DNA of 64,000 bases from an uncultured archaeon. Lineage in GTDB: Archaea; Asgardarchaeota; Lokiarchaeia; Sigyniarchaeales; SOKP01. Location of the stretch: positions 776,242-840,241 of the forward strand of contig CAZALK010000001.1 in assembly GCA_964486045.1 (NCBI GenBank). Reading direction: 5' to 3'. The position numbers and the translations under genes are program-made. Of the stretch, positions 1 to 10,396 are shown in pieces (position 1 is the first letter of the stretch; every line of letters starts with the position of its first letter). The notes beneath the pieces were generated by a model. The model searched no databases. It had not been told where the DNA came from and worked only from the letters and a program-made list of their open reading frames with translations.

Positions 1-2
1 GA

Positions 3-1103
3 GATAAAGGACGTGGAAGTAATCTATCTGAAATTTCAGAGCAATTTGGAATAATCTTCGAAAATGATCAAGTCTTAGATGAGAAGAATAACTTGGGATT
101 AGAAAATATCCCTCTAATTTCTACTTTTAATATCCCTCATCCCATTACAGCTAACATCGAGAGTTTATGTTATAGATCTGGATGTTCTCTTTCTATTGTG
201 GGGAGTGGAGCATTTTCAATAGCAGATTCAAATGAAACTTCGGAACCTTTCTCCTGTCCGATAGTTTGTGTAACCGAAATAAGTAATGGAAGAGTGTGCT
301 GTATAGGGAGTTATGAAATGTTTCGTGATAAAATTGGAGGAGGGTTTCAGTGTTCTGATCATCCAAGTTTTGCATTAAATACTTTTAATTGGCTTGTATC
401 TGATTATCGTATGGACTTGAGATCAACAACTGATAGCCCTACTCCCGCGTCTCAACCGATAGAACTTAATTCTACACTGGATGTCCAACCAGAAATTATC
501 ACTTCCTCAGTTCTAAGTGAGAAACGAGAAATAAATATTGATTTTTCCATGAAAATTTCTAAAAAAAGTGAATTATTTGGACTATTGAAGACATTCCAAA
601 ACCAAATAAGTACAATCAAAACGACAATTGATAAGTTAGTTGAATTATCATCAGAATCAGACGAAGCTATAATTGAATTACAACCTGATGAAATCTCTCA
701 GACTCAAAAAAATGATCAGAGTATTCAACCTAAGGAAGAACCCCTCCCTGATCCCCCTAAAATGAGTGAAGATGTCAAAATAGATGAGAGCAAACTTACC
801 GCCTTACCTCAAAAACCAGGGAGTTTGATAAAAGAGGAATTCGAAGAAATAGAAGAATCCGGTCTAAAACCGGTACCTAAACTGAAAACAAAAACTAAAA
901 CGACGAAGGAATTGAAGGACGAACGACAAGGCTTGGAAACTAAGCTAACTTCTGTTCAGGATTTATTGGAATTTATTGACAAAAAACATTCATCTGGAAA
1001 GATTGATGATAGTGAATTTTCAAAAAGATCAAAGAAACTACAAAACGACATGAAGAAAACAAAGAAAAAAATTAGTATTATCGATAGGTTATTAGAAAAA
1101 TAG
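3..1103 (+). CDS. 5'-partial protein: IFT52/GldG-like (GIFT, class I glutamine-amidotransferase-like fold) domain, Pro/acidic linker, C-terminal coiled coil
   Basis: The frame is open from position 3 (DKGRGSNLSEISEQFGIIFENDQVLD...), upstream of the TTG at 93. The motifs N-L-x-E-x-F-G-I-x-F-x-N-D-x-V, YRSGCSL, PIV...GRVCCIGSYEMFRD and FNWL follow the order seen in IFT52/GldG domains. Confidence 0.6.
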   Translation, partial: DKGRGSNLSEISEQFGIIFENDQVLDEKNNLGLENIPLISTFNIPHPITANIESLCYRSGCSLSIVGSGAFSIADSNETSEPFSCPIVCVTEISNGRVCCIGSYEMFRDKIGGGFQCSDHPSFALNTFNWLVSDYRMDLRSTTDSPTPASQPIELNSTLDVQPEIITSSVLSEKREINIDFSMKISKKSELFGLLKTFQNQISTIKTTIDKLVELSSESDEAIIELQPDEISQTQKNDQSIQPKEEPLPDPPKMSEDVKIDESKLTALPQKPGSLIKEEFEEIEESGLKPVPKLKTKTKTTKELKDERQGLETKLTSVQDLLEFIDKKHSSGKIDDSEFSKRSKKLQNDMKKTKKKISIIDRLLEK

Positions 1104-1124
1104 CGTAAGTATGTAATGTAAAAG

Positions 1125-2453
1125 TTAGTGATTATTTTTTGACTTTACGGGGTGATCTTCTGGAATATAAGGTTGTGCGTAGCGATTCACAATATTGAAA
1201 AAATCCTTATCACTTACTCCTTCCGTCATTTTCTTTAATTCTTCCTTAACTATAAGAAATGACTTTCTTAATTCGGCTTTAGACGTCGTCTCATGCTTTT
1301 TTTTTACTTCAATAACGATCTTTCTTATGACTTCTTCTGGGATGTCTAAATCTAATACTTTTATTTTATTTTGTAAAGCATAAGTAATTGATTTTGTTCC
1401 CGAGAATTTTCCCAAATAAAACTTTCTCTGTCTTCCAACCATATGAGGATTTATGGGTTCGTAAGTTAACGGATGAGCTAAGATGGCGGCAATATGAAGA
1501 CCACTCTCATGAAAGAAGGCATTATCTCCAACAATTGGTTTATATTGCGATATGGGTTTACCAAAATATTTCTCACATAGTTGACTTAATTCTGGCATTC
1601 TAGTCAAATCAATTCCAGTTTTAATTCCTAATCTTTCTAGAATAATAGCAACTTCATCAAGCGCAGCGTTTCCTGCTCGCTCAACATATCCATTTATACA
1701 AATGTGCGGATATTGACATCCTTCTAAAACGCCTGTTATAGTATTTGCTACAGCTAAGCCAAAATCATTATGTGTATGAATTCCCATCAGTGTTTTTCGT
1801 TTTAGAGGGTTAACTATTTCTTCTTTAATACGTTTAATTAAGTAAGAAGTAGATTGTGGAGTTAAAACTCCTACAGTATCTCCTAAAACAATTCTTTCAG
1901 CTCCATATTCAATAGCAGTGACAAAAACATTTTTTAAATGCTCAAAATCACATCGAGTTCCATCTTCAGAAACCCAATTAACTTTTAATCCATTATCCTT
2001 GGCATACTGAATTGCAATTCTAATCTGTTCTAATTGTTACTCCTCAGATTGTTGCAGCGTTTTCCGAAAGATTGCTGAAATTGGCATAAAAATTACAATT
2101 TCTTTAAGATCTGTATCAATACATGCATCAATATCATCTTGTCTTGGTCTAACGATTCCTAAAATAGTGGCCCTATTAAGATTTTCATTAACAATTGTTT
2201 TTACAATTTTCTTCTCTGAATCTGATACTGCCGGAAATCCTACTGCGATTAATTTAACTCCAATCTCATCCATTAGTTTAGCTAAATCGATCTTCTCCTC
2301 GAGTGTTAAATAAACTGTAGGACTTTGTTCCCCATCACGTAATGTTTCATCCCAAATCTCTATTTTTTTAGGTAATTCATATTTTTTAAGAGAAATTTCA
2401 TTGTAATCAACGAGGAGGTCTCGAAGTTCCTCCTTAGAGAATTTGTATGACAT
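1125..2453 (-). pseudogene. LeuA/homocitrate/citramalate synthase family (DRE-TIM metallolyase), interrupted by one in-frame TAA at 2037-2039
   Basis: Motifs DETLRDGEQ, EDGTR, LGDTVG, HTHNDFGLA, ERAGN and HESG are present. ORFs 2037-2453 and 1125-1787 share a frame, and the intervening DNA reads through as ...SEE*QLEQIRIAIQYAKDNGLKVNWVSEDGTR... Confidence 0.85.
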
Positions 2454-2601
2454 ATTTATTCTTTGTTATTCTTAATAATAATTAAAATTATGGGGAACAA
2501 ATAAATTTCATTTTAGGATACATTTATCATAAAACATGAGAAAAGAAAAGTAACCTACTCATCTCTATAAACAACTTGTAGATCACAAATATGGAGAACG
2601 T

Positions 2602-3021
2602 CTATTTAATTATGTCAGTTATGAAACAAGTTTCCACAATCTTAATGCCTTTAACCTGAGAGATTTTATCCTCAATTAGAGGATTAAACAACTCAATACT
2701 TCCTATCTCAACCTTCATGAAGAGACCACAATCTCCAGATAGTCTCCATACATCAGTAATTTCTTCAATTTCTAGCAAATCTTTTATTATTCTTTTGATT
2801 TCTTTAAAATCAGTTTCAACTTTCACAGTTGCTCTAGTACGAGGTTTATTATCAATAGAATAATCTATTGTGAACCTTTTAATTATACCCTCTTCTGTTA
2901 ATCTTTTTACGCGTCTTCTAACTGTTGCTTCAGTTTTACCTACAATTTCAGAAATATCCTTAAAAGACATTCTACTATTTTCTTTTAATAATTCTAATAT
3001 TCTTATATCAACAATATCCAT
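2602..3021 (-). CDS. Lrp/AsnC family transcriptional regulator
   Basis: N-terminal HTH MDIVDIRILELLKENSRMSFKDIS...TVRRRVKRL...GIIKRFT, followed by a RAM-type C-terminal domain (WRLSGDCGLFMKV). Confidence 0.92.
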   Translation of the reverse strand: MDIVDIRILELLKENSRMSFKDISEIVGKTEATVRRRVKRLTEEGIIKRFTIDYSIDNKPRTRATVKVETDFKEIKRIIKDLLEIEEITDVWRLSGDCGLFMKVEIGSIELFNPLIEDKISQVKGIKIVETCFITDIIK

Positions 3022-3859
3022 AATTTTGAAATCATAACTTTATTTTAATATTCCTTATGTAAAAACAATTTAACCTCATTATTAAATTTGATCAGATTTT
3101 AATTAAATACGCAAAAAAAAATGTCAAAAAAGTCGTATAATAATATATCAACTTGACTATTTTTAACAGAGAAGATACAGTTCAGTTATTATTTGCACAC
3201 TCATCATGATTAAAAAAATGATAAATTTTTTATTATAAATGTAAAAAAATTTACTGAGTATTAAATCTTCAGTAAAACCTCAATAATCAATACAAAATTT
3301 AATTTTATTGAAAAAGCATCTTTTCAAGAAGTCTTACTTTACTTAGTAGAGCAAGTGTCGCACCAATAGTAATTATTCCAGTTATATTAAAGAAAAGCAA
3401 TATAATAATTTCCTCAATGTATAATTTTAAACCAGATCTCACCCTGTCTTGTAGGCAAAAGCTTTCGGGGTGTTTTTTTAACAAAAAAAAAAATGAGATA
3501 TTGAAAAATATTTTAATTAATTTTATACTCTTCTTTTTGATATGAATATTAAAATGATACTAACACCCCCGATAGCAAGAAATAATGGAGCATATTTTCT
3601 TCTTGAAATAGTACAATCAGTATTAGAAACACAGATGTAATACTTTAACTTAGAAAAAACTAAATAAGAGAAGATTTTACAAATGTTAATTTGAATTACA
3701 AATGAAATTTGGTCTAAAAATACGCTAAAAAAATTAGACTCCCTTGACAACAAAGTTAAAGTAAAAGCTGATTAGTTTTAAAAGAAATCGTAGTAATATT
3801 AATATTAATAGAGATTTATTAATTTTGCAATATACACTCATAGTGAAAGTAGCAGATTT

Positions 3860-4660
3860 ATGTCAAAACAAATTCCAAATAACGTTAAGGGTTCTTTGCG
3901 ATCGATTGGCTTAACAGATTATGAGATCTCAATTTATCTAACACTTATAAGCAAGGGTCCTATGGATGCTAGAGAACTCTCCGAGGCATCTGGGGTTCCC
4001 TACTCTAGAATTTACAATATTTTAACACAGCTTGATAAGGAAAAGATGTGGATAATTAAAGAAGAAGAATCACGCCCCTCTCGTTATTTTGCTAAGAGTC
4101 CAGATGAAGCTCTTGTAATTGCAAAAAAGCAGTATAATGATAGTTTTAATGAACATTCGAACAGGATTATCCAAACACTCAACCCAATTTATCAGTCTCA
4201 TGATACTCCAATAAAAATTGCCCTCTACATTCATAGAGGTAGAGATGTATGCATTAATAAAGCTATTTCATTGATAAATTTGGCTAGAACTTCAATTTAT
4301 CTAGTATCTACCAAACTAGAATTTCTGGAAGTATTTTATGACGATATTAAGAAAGCTAGAGCCCGTGGAGTCACAGATTTAAGACTTCTTGTTGAAGCAA
4401 AGGCCTTAAAAGATAGTAAATTTCAACCGATACTCAAAAAATATGATCCTCTCTGCGAAATTAGATGGAGAGACCAAATATTTGGAAGTTCAATAATTAT
4501 TGATGAAGGAGAAGATGCATTTATTGTACTATCTGAGAGTTTCTTTCCTGAAAAAATGTCTTTCTTTGGCATAGCAACGGATCATGTAGCTTTTGGACCC
4601 GCCTCTTTGTATTATTTTGATTATCTTTATAAAACAGCAAAAGTGGCAAATTTGAATTAA
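3860..4660 (+). CDS. TrmB family transcriptional regulator
   Basis: LRSIGLTDYEISIYLTL...ARELSEASGVPYSRIYNIL winged HTH, followed by a PLD-like effector domain. Confidence 0.9.
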   Translation: MSKQIPNNVKGSLRSIGLTDYEISIYLTLISKGPMDARELSEASGVPYSRIYNILTQLDKEKMWIIKEEESRPSRYFAKSPDEALVIAKKQYNDSFNEHSNRIIQTLNPIYQSHDTPIKIALYIHRGRDVCINKAISLINLARTSIYLVSTKLEFLEVFYDDIKKARARGVTDLRLLVEAKALKDSKFQPILKKYDPLCEIRWRDQIFGSSIIIDEGEDAFIVLSESFFPEKMSFFGIATDHVAFGPASLYYFDYLYKTAKVANLN

Positions 4661-4868
4661 ACCCCTTCTAAAATTAAGTGAATTAAATTATCATTATTGT
4701 TTTTTAACAGTTTTATTAGAAGAAGAATTATGTAAATTACCATTTTGCTCTTATCACGTTTTCAGGGTATATTTCAACTCTATTTAGATATTATATTTAA
4801 AGCAAACCAAAGTCAACCTATTACAACTTTGTGAAATATGTAATAAAAAGAGAAAAAACTTAATTTAT

Positions 4869-5324
4869 TCATTTTAAAAACGTTCTCTTCCCCAGATAAA
4901 TAAAAAGCTCAGCTAATTCGAAGAGTGTTAAGGGCATTACCAGATTTGCCATGTCAGTACGAAGTTCTTCTTTATCTCTTCCAGAAAGGATTAAAGTCCT
5001 TATGTCTTCAACGTAATCATCCATGTTCAAAAATAATATTTCAATTTTATCTACACCAGTGAGTTCCTCAATATCTTTATCTAAATGTCGTTCTACATCA
5101 TTAAGTAACCCTAACTTCAACTTAGGGCTCAAATCGTACTTGACTATAAGCTTGTTCATTTCTTCGATAATAATATTTAAACTTAAGTTCCAATCTGCAT
5201 TTTCCTTATATTTTGGTATCAGAATATCGCTAATAATAATTTCAAAAAGCGTCGTCGGTGCTTTTTCATCAAATTCTACTTCTGTGCCCGTGCTTAATTT
5301 TACATTCTTAAGATCGTCACTCAT
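4869..5324 (-). CDS. hypothetical helical protein
   Basis: Clean ORF with a natural-looking acidic helical sequence. The ATG at 5324 (MSDDLK) is preferred over the upstream TTG. No recognised motif. Confidence 0.65.
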   Translation of the reverse strand: MSDDLKNVKLSTGTEVEFDEKAPTTLFEIIISDILIPKYKENADWNLSLNIIIEEMNKLIVKYDLSPKLKLGLLNDVERHLDKDIEELTGVDKIEILFLNMDDYVEDIRTLILSGRDKEELRTDMANLVMPLTLFELAELFIYLGKRTFLK

Positions 5325-5825
5325 ACCCAATCTCAACTTTAATCGTAAATTATGATAATACTTAATAATTAATGAATTACGATTTAATAAATATTTTTAC
5401 TCCCCAATATATTTAAAAAGTCTAAATTAGAAGAAAAATCTTTCATCATTTAAGGAAATGATAGAAAATTCTTTCTTTACTGTGTAGCATTTTTTTATCA
5501 TCCTTTTGTTATTTTTCACAATTATTAAAATAAAAAAAATTAAAAGATTAACTTTTCTTCAATATATTTTGAGATTGATTTAAAGGAAGATATGAACTCG
5601 TTTAACTCAAACACATCTGCTATTTTATTAGCCCATACGTTGCTATATGCGAAAAGTAGGAATGGGTTAATTACCCTCAACGAATTGTATTATAAAGAGT
5701 TAGACTACCTTAGTAAAGTGAATAGAGATTATGGTATTGGTAATAGGCTATTAAAGGATTTACCATTTTAGAGAGCCCATCATATTTATATATTCTTTTT
5801 TTCTTTAATTCATAGGGAAGATATA

Positions 5826-6899
5826 ATGGATTTTGAAGAAACCGTTCATTTATTATTGAGCAAAACAAGAAATAGAATTTGTCTAGATCATCAGTTGGTC
5901 GGTTTTGGAGATTATTCTTTCGTTTTTAGAGATATCAATTGGGTTTCAGAAACAGTTGATTCAAGCTACACAAGTGGTCTAGTAGGATTGGATCAACTCG
6001 TAATTTATTACAAACTTTTAGTGAAAATAAACATATCCTGCTAGAAGACCTAAAAGAGTTTCGTCTTAATGATTTATTTTATGTTGGGGCTGTCAAAACA
6101 CTTACACCTCTTTTGAAATTTGGGGGGGGATGAATTATTATTTGAGGTTGGTTTGCTGATAAAGACGCCAAAGAATAAGATTTTTCCCGCTACATTCTAT
6201 TGGGCTCAAGGAGGGCTATCTATAGGATGTTGGCAAAAAGAGATTCTTGGGAATTTCATAGGACTTAAAAATAATTTCCAATCCTATGAGTTTATACCTA
6301 TTCACTTTTCTGATATTGAAAAAAAAGAGTTAGCTGAAGCATTTGAGTCAACTCTTCGTAGTCTCCCTATTTCTGATTTTGAAGGCGAGTACTGGGATGA
6401 AAATGGGGGGATTAGAATGGGTATTGAATCAGGTATACCGTTTATTGAAGATATTCCGATTGAAGACAATGCATATTATGCCTTATGTTATTATGGCGGG
6501 ATGCTTATGGATATCATGAATGACTGCGCAAGTACAGAAGAGTTAGAAAGGTTTGAAAATCTATCACGGATTAAAAAGAATGTTGAATATAAAAATAGTA
6601 TCCTTTTAAAGTTCAGTAGGTATTTAATTCATAAATGCTATGATGACTTGATATTATTTCCCACTAAAAAAAAATCACGTTACTCTTTTCAGGCTTTGGG
6701 GTTATTCTTAATGGAAAATGGAATTAAAATACCTAACGACGTTAAAAAGGTCATTCTAGAAAGATCCCATTGGAAGGATGAATTCTTAAGATTTAAAGAT
6801 AGGAAAGAAAGAGCCAAAAGAAGAGAAGAATTGGTTGATTTTATTACAAAGATCTTAAATCATAGAGAAGGTAATTACATTTCTTTTCCTTATTTTTAA
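5826..6899 (+). pseudogene. hypothetical protein, probably one gene split by two compensating indels (ORFs 5826-6044 and 6120-6899)
   Basis: Both ORFs are in the same frame. A third-frame open stretch (FKLHKWSSRIGSTRNLLQTFSENKHILLEDLKEFRLNDLFYVGAVKTLTPLLKF) bridges them and ends at a G8 run at 6122-6129. Confidence 0.5.
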
Positions 6900-7319
6900 A
6901 ATATTTATCTTAAATTCTTATTTAGTTTCATTTGTCTTTTTTCTTCAGTTAATTTATTATATTCTTGCATTATCAACTTTTTCAACTTTTTCACACGACA
7001 AAAAGGAAATTTTTAAATAGTAGAAAATTTCAACATATATTGTTAAAGAAAGATCGGATGACCATGAACGACAATATATTCTTAAAGTGCGGAGAATTAC
7101 TCCTCATTGGGAAATACCTAAAGTCGAGCAATCGGCTAAATACCTCAACCCTTAACCCTGTTATTAGATTAAATTACGTCTCCTCTTTTTAATTTTTGGA
7201 TTCGTGGCTTCCGACTTTTTGCTTTTTCTATAAAACAAAATAAATACAATTTTTAATAGATTCTAGTTTAGCTTGAACTTAATTACTTAATTAAAGGCTA
7301 AAAATAATTAAAGATTTGA

Positions 7320-8513
7320 TTAAGACTTATTCAAATTAGGGATATATTTCTCATTTGAAAGCTCTATTAAAGAATTTGTATAATCAATTATTTTCTTCGC
7401 GATTTCTGGATTTTTGAGCATTTGTACTTCAACTTTTTCGCCCCTATCCCATAATAAATATGGAGTATCTTCAAAAGGTACTTGCTCTTTAACTTCCTTT
7501 ATCCAACTATCAGGTAATTCATTAGATAATTCTACATCAAGCATTTTCGCTAAAAAAATAGACCATGCTCTTGGTACGACAGTCATTAAATAACCTCCTC
7601 CTCCCATCGCCAACCATTTATTTTGACAATAATCACGTGAGGATGTTTTCAATGTTTGGGCTATATCTTTATAGACTGATAGTGAAAAACCCATCTCTGT
7701 TAAAGGATCATCAAAATAAGTATCTACTCCTAATTGTGTTATCAATATATCTGGTTTATATGTTTGCAATATTTTAGGTGTCGTCTTCCTAAAAAGTTTT
7801 ATGAATGTCTTATTATTTGTACCGGGTACTAAAGGAAAATTGATCGAATAGTCTTTACCCTTGCCCTCCCCTACCTCATTAATGAATCCCGTTCCTGGAA
7901 AAAGAGACCTCCCATCTTGATGATAAGATATTGTCAAAACATTAGGATCATCATAAAAAAGCCACTGAACACCATCACCGTGATGACAATCAATATCAAC
8001 ATAAGCAATTTTCATGTCTTCTTTTAGAGTTTTCAAATGGTGGATTGCTACAGCAATATCGTTAAAAATGCAAAACCCTGAAGCTTTTTCTTTACCAGCA
8101 TGGTGAAGACCTCCCACGATATTAAAAGCAACCTTAAAATCCTCATTATTCCATATTTTATCCGCAGCAACAATACTTCCCCCACACGCCATTGCAGCTG
8201 CTTCATACATTCCTTTAAATGGGGGGTTATCTCCCGGTCCTAAACCATAACTATAAGGATCTTTTGTTCTATCTTCCGGATTATTACTTAAATCTTTCAC
8301 GATATCTATATATTTGGGTGAGTGAACTCTTTCTAATTCTTTACGGGTCGCTTCTCGAGGTTTTAAGAGTTCAAGTCTATCATTTTCTAATAGTCTTAAA
8401 TCTTTCATAAGGTCATAAGTTAATTTAAACCTAAGAGGTTTAAAAGGATGGTCTCTTCCGAAATCGTATTTTTGATAATTTTCTGTGTAAATTAATCCAA
8501 CTTTGTCCACCAT
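7320..8513 (-). CDS. acuC: Zn-dependent histone deacetylase family protein (AcuC/class I HDAC-like)
   Basis: Motifs HPFKPLR, GGLHHA, SGFCIFNDIAVAI, YVDIDCHHGDGVQ, FPGTG, GVD...DPL and GGGGY. Confidence 0.92.
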   Translation of the reverse strand: MVDKVGLIYTENYQKYDFGRDHPFKPLRFKLTYDLMKDLRLLENDRLELLKPREATRKELERVHSPKYIDIVKDLSNNPEDRTKDPYSYGLGPGDNPPFKGMYEAAAMACGGSIVAADKIWNNEDFKVAFNIVGGLHHAGKEKASGFCIFNDIAVAIHHLKTLKEDMKIAYVDIDCHHGDGVQWLFYDDPNVLTISYHQDGRSLFPGTGFINEVGEGKGKDYSINFPLVPGTNNKTFIKLFRKTTPKILQTYKPDILITQLGVDTYFDDPLTEMGFSLSVYKDIAQTLKTSSRDYCQNKWLAMGGGGYLMTVVPRAWSIFLAKMLDVELSNELPDSWIKEVKEQVPFEDTPYLLWDRGEKVEVQMLKNPEIAKKIIDYTNSLIELSNEKYIPNLNKS

Positions 8514-8711
8514 TAATGTGACTAAATTTAAAATTAGTAATAATTTTTTTCAAATATAATTTCTACTCAAATATCTGAAATTCATTAGTATAATTGATAA
8601 AGCATAGAAAAAAACAGTATTATATAAGAGAAATTGTATTATCAAAATATCATAGGAAAAAATAAATATCTATAAATAGAATTCATATAAAATTAGTTTC
8701 TGTATTTTCAC

Positions 8712-9266
8712 ATGAGTATTTCATTTCGAAAGTTCATAACTCGAGTAGGTCAGCAATCAGAATTTAAACCACTTAAGAATCAATTATTAAATTATTTAAA
8801 ATTAGAAAGTGAAAATAAGTACAAAAACTACCCAAGATTACTTAACCTAATGAAAGGTTATTGGCCGAAATATAAAGATAGATCACGGATATCCCATCTT
8901 TTAAAAGATCATTATGAAGAAATCTTTTCCTTCTATTTGAATTCATTCTTTCAATTTCGAAAACGAGGTCTTTCATATGAAGATCCAGAAGCACCTACAC
9001 CTGTCGACTTTAAACTAATTTTCAAATATCATTATAACTTTAATGAAATTAGAGTAATTAAGGAAGTAATGAAGGAATTAAATATTCAAGGCACCTCAGA
9101 GTCTATTCTAAAACGAATTTTTATATTCGCTATAAGTTCCTTTAGCTACATGGTGGAACAAATTTTTGGAAGACCTTTTGCTTTTCAATTTTTCGATATA
9201 TCGTCTAATCCTCTTCCCAATGATGAATGTGAGGTAGTAGCGATAATCTCAGGGAGAGAACAATAA
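8712..9266 (+). CDS. hypothetical protein
   Basis: 184-aa ATG ORF filling the gap between genes; no recognised motif. Confidence 0.65.
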   Translation: MSISFRKFITRVGQQSEFKPLKNQLLNYLKLESENKYKNYPRLLNLMKGYWPKYKDRSRISHLLKDHYEEIFSFYLNSFFQFRKRGLSYEDPEAPTPVDFKLIFKYHYNFNEIRVIKEVMKELNIQGTSESILKRIFIFAISSFSYMVEQIFGRPFAFQFFDISSNPLPNDECEVVAIISGREQ

Positions 9267-9302
9267 CATCTTCAGTCTACGGATTATTAAATCTTCTGGA
9301 TT

Positions 9303-9734
9303 CTATTTTTCTTTTGTTAAAAATGAGCCTAAATCCATGAGATCATCCCCACGTTTAACTTGGATTTTACTTCTTATTCCCTTCGCTTTACGCTCTAAAA
9401 GTATAACGACATCAAGAGGGATTTTTCTTGGAACTCCACCTTGTTGTCGTAAAATTGCTAATAAATAATCTATGTTTTGTATTACGTCAGCACTTATTAG
9501 CTCATTATAAATAGATTGATAGACAGTTGGTTCCTTAATCCTTATATTACTCAGATAGCTGTATGCTTCTGGGGCTAATACTATCTTTAAGACATATTCA
9601 AGTTTATCCGAAATTGAAACATTTCTCTCTTTGGCGGCTTCTTGGCGCTTTTTAACCTCCATAGCAGCCTTCATTTTCCTCCTACGGATTTTTTCCAACT
9701 CGTGCTGTTCATAATCTTTATTGTCTTGATTCAT
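9303..9734 (-). CDS. PDCD5-like dsDNA-binding protein
   Basis: ELEKIRRRKM..., VLKIVLAPEAYSYLSNIRIKEP matches the PDCD5/MTH1615 pattern (L..IL.PEAR.RL.N....KP), plus C-terminal KIQVKR. Confidence 0.75.
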   Translation of the reverse strand: MNQDNKDYEQHELEKIRRRKMKAAMEVKKRQEAAKERNVSISDKLEYVLKIVLAPEAYSYLSNIRIKEPTVYQSIYNELISADVIQNIDYLLAILRQQGGVPRKIPLDVVILLERKAKGIRSKIQVKRGDDLMDLGSFLTKEK

Positions 9735-9944
9735 TTTATTAATTTTCTCCGTAAGTTTTTATCTTTGATAGTTTTCTATTATTCTAGAAGCTGTAATTTG
9801 TTAGTTCTTAGTAAAAATAAAACCTTGTTAGATAAAAAATGATAGGTAAAATAATAATTTTTTGAAGAAAAAAATTCCCCTAACAAAAAAATATTGGGTT
9901 ATTCTCCTTTTTCTCGTGATTTTAAAATATAAAATATGTTAATA

Positions 9945-10099
9945 TGGTCCCTCCCCCCGGATTCTTGCTGGATCCGATTCAGATCCATATTTCGAGCCGG
10001 GGACCGCTCGGTTTCGGCTGACGTAACCTCATTAGCTATAAGCTTTAGTACGCGATATTATCTACAGCCGAGCACTCTAAACCACTGAGTTAGGGAGGG
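9945..10099 (-). tRNA. tRNA-Tyr(GUA) with two introns (10013-10061 at 37/38; 9962-9990 in the T-loop) and encoded CCA
   Basis: The reverse complement folds as a cloverleaf: CCCTCCC/GGGAGGG acceptor (C1-G72, A73, the archaeal Tyr identity elements), ACTC/GAGT D-stem, CTCGG/CCGAG anticodon stem with CT-GTA-G|A, CCCGG/CCGGG T-stem. It is 77 nt after removing inserts of 49 and 29 nt. Confidence 0.93.
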
Positions 10100-10396
10100 A
10101 GTATAATTTAAAATTAAATAGTATTGTAATTAATATATTTTTTATGGTTTTCTATTCTTTTAGAGAGGAATAATAACAAAAATATGTTTTCACTTTTTTT
10201 TGTACTCACAAAATTCCACTTTTAGTTTAGAAAACTATTAAATTTGTTAACTTTATAAGATTATTAATCAAAAAATTTTCCAATAAAAAGTACTAAAATA
10301 CTTTTGTTGTGAAAAATTTTAATACTTTAATAAATAGTTATTTAAAATTAAACTAATATTACTAAAACAATTTAAAAGGCTAAATTTTATCTTAAG

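Noticed and set aside
2037-2039. Stop-codon reassignment or readthrough as the explanation of the in-frame TAA
   Set aside because: TAA ends many intact genes in this window, and it is neither the Sec (TGA) nor the Pyl (TAG) codon.
3300-3753. ORF 3523-3753 and a nearby hydrophobic frame resembling C-terminal membrane anchors
   Set aside because: No credible start or domain. At best these are decayed remnants, and hydrophobic runs arise by chance in AT-rich DNA.
6965-7192. 75-aa ORF between the hypothetical gene and acuC
   Set aside because: TTG start, no motif, and no supporting context.
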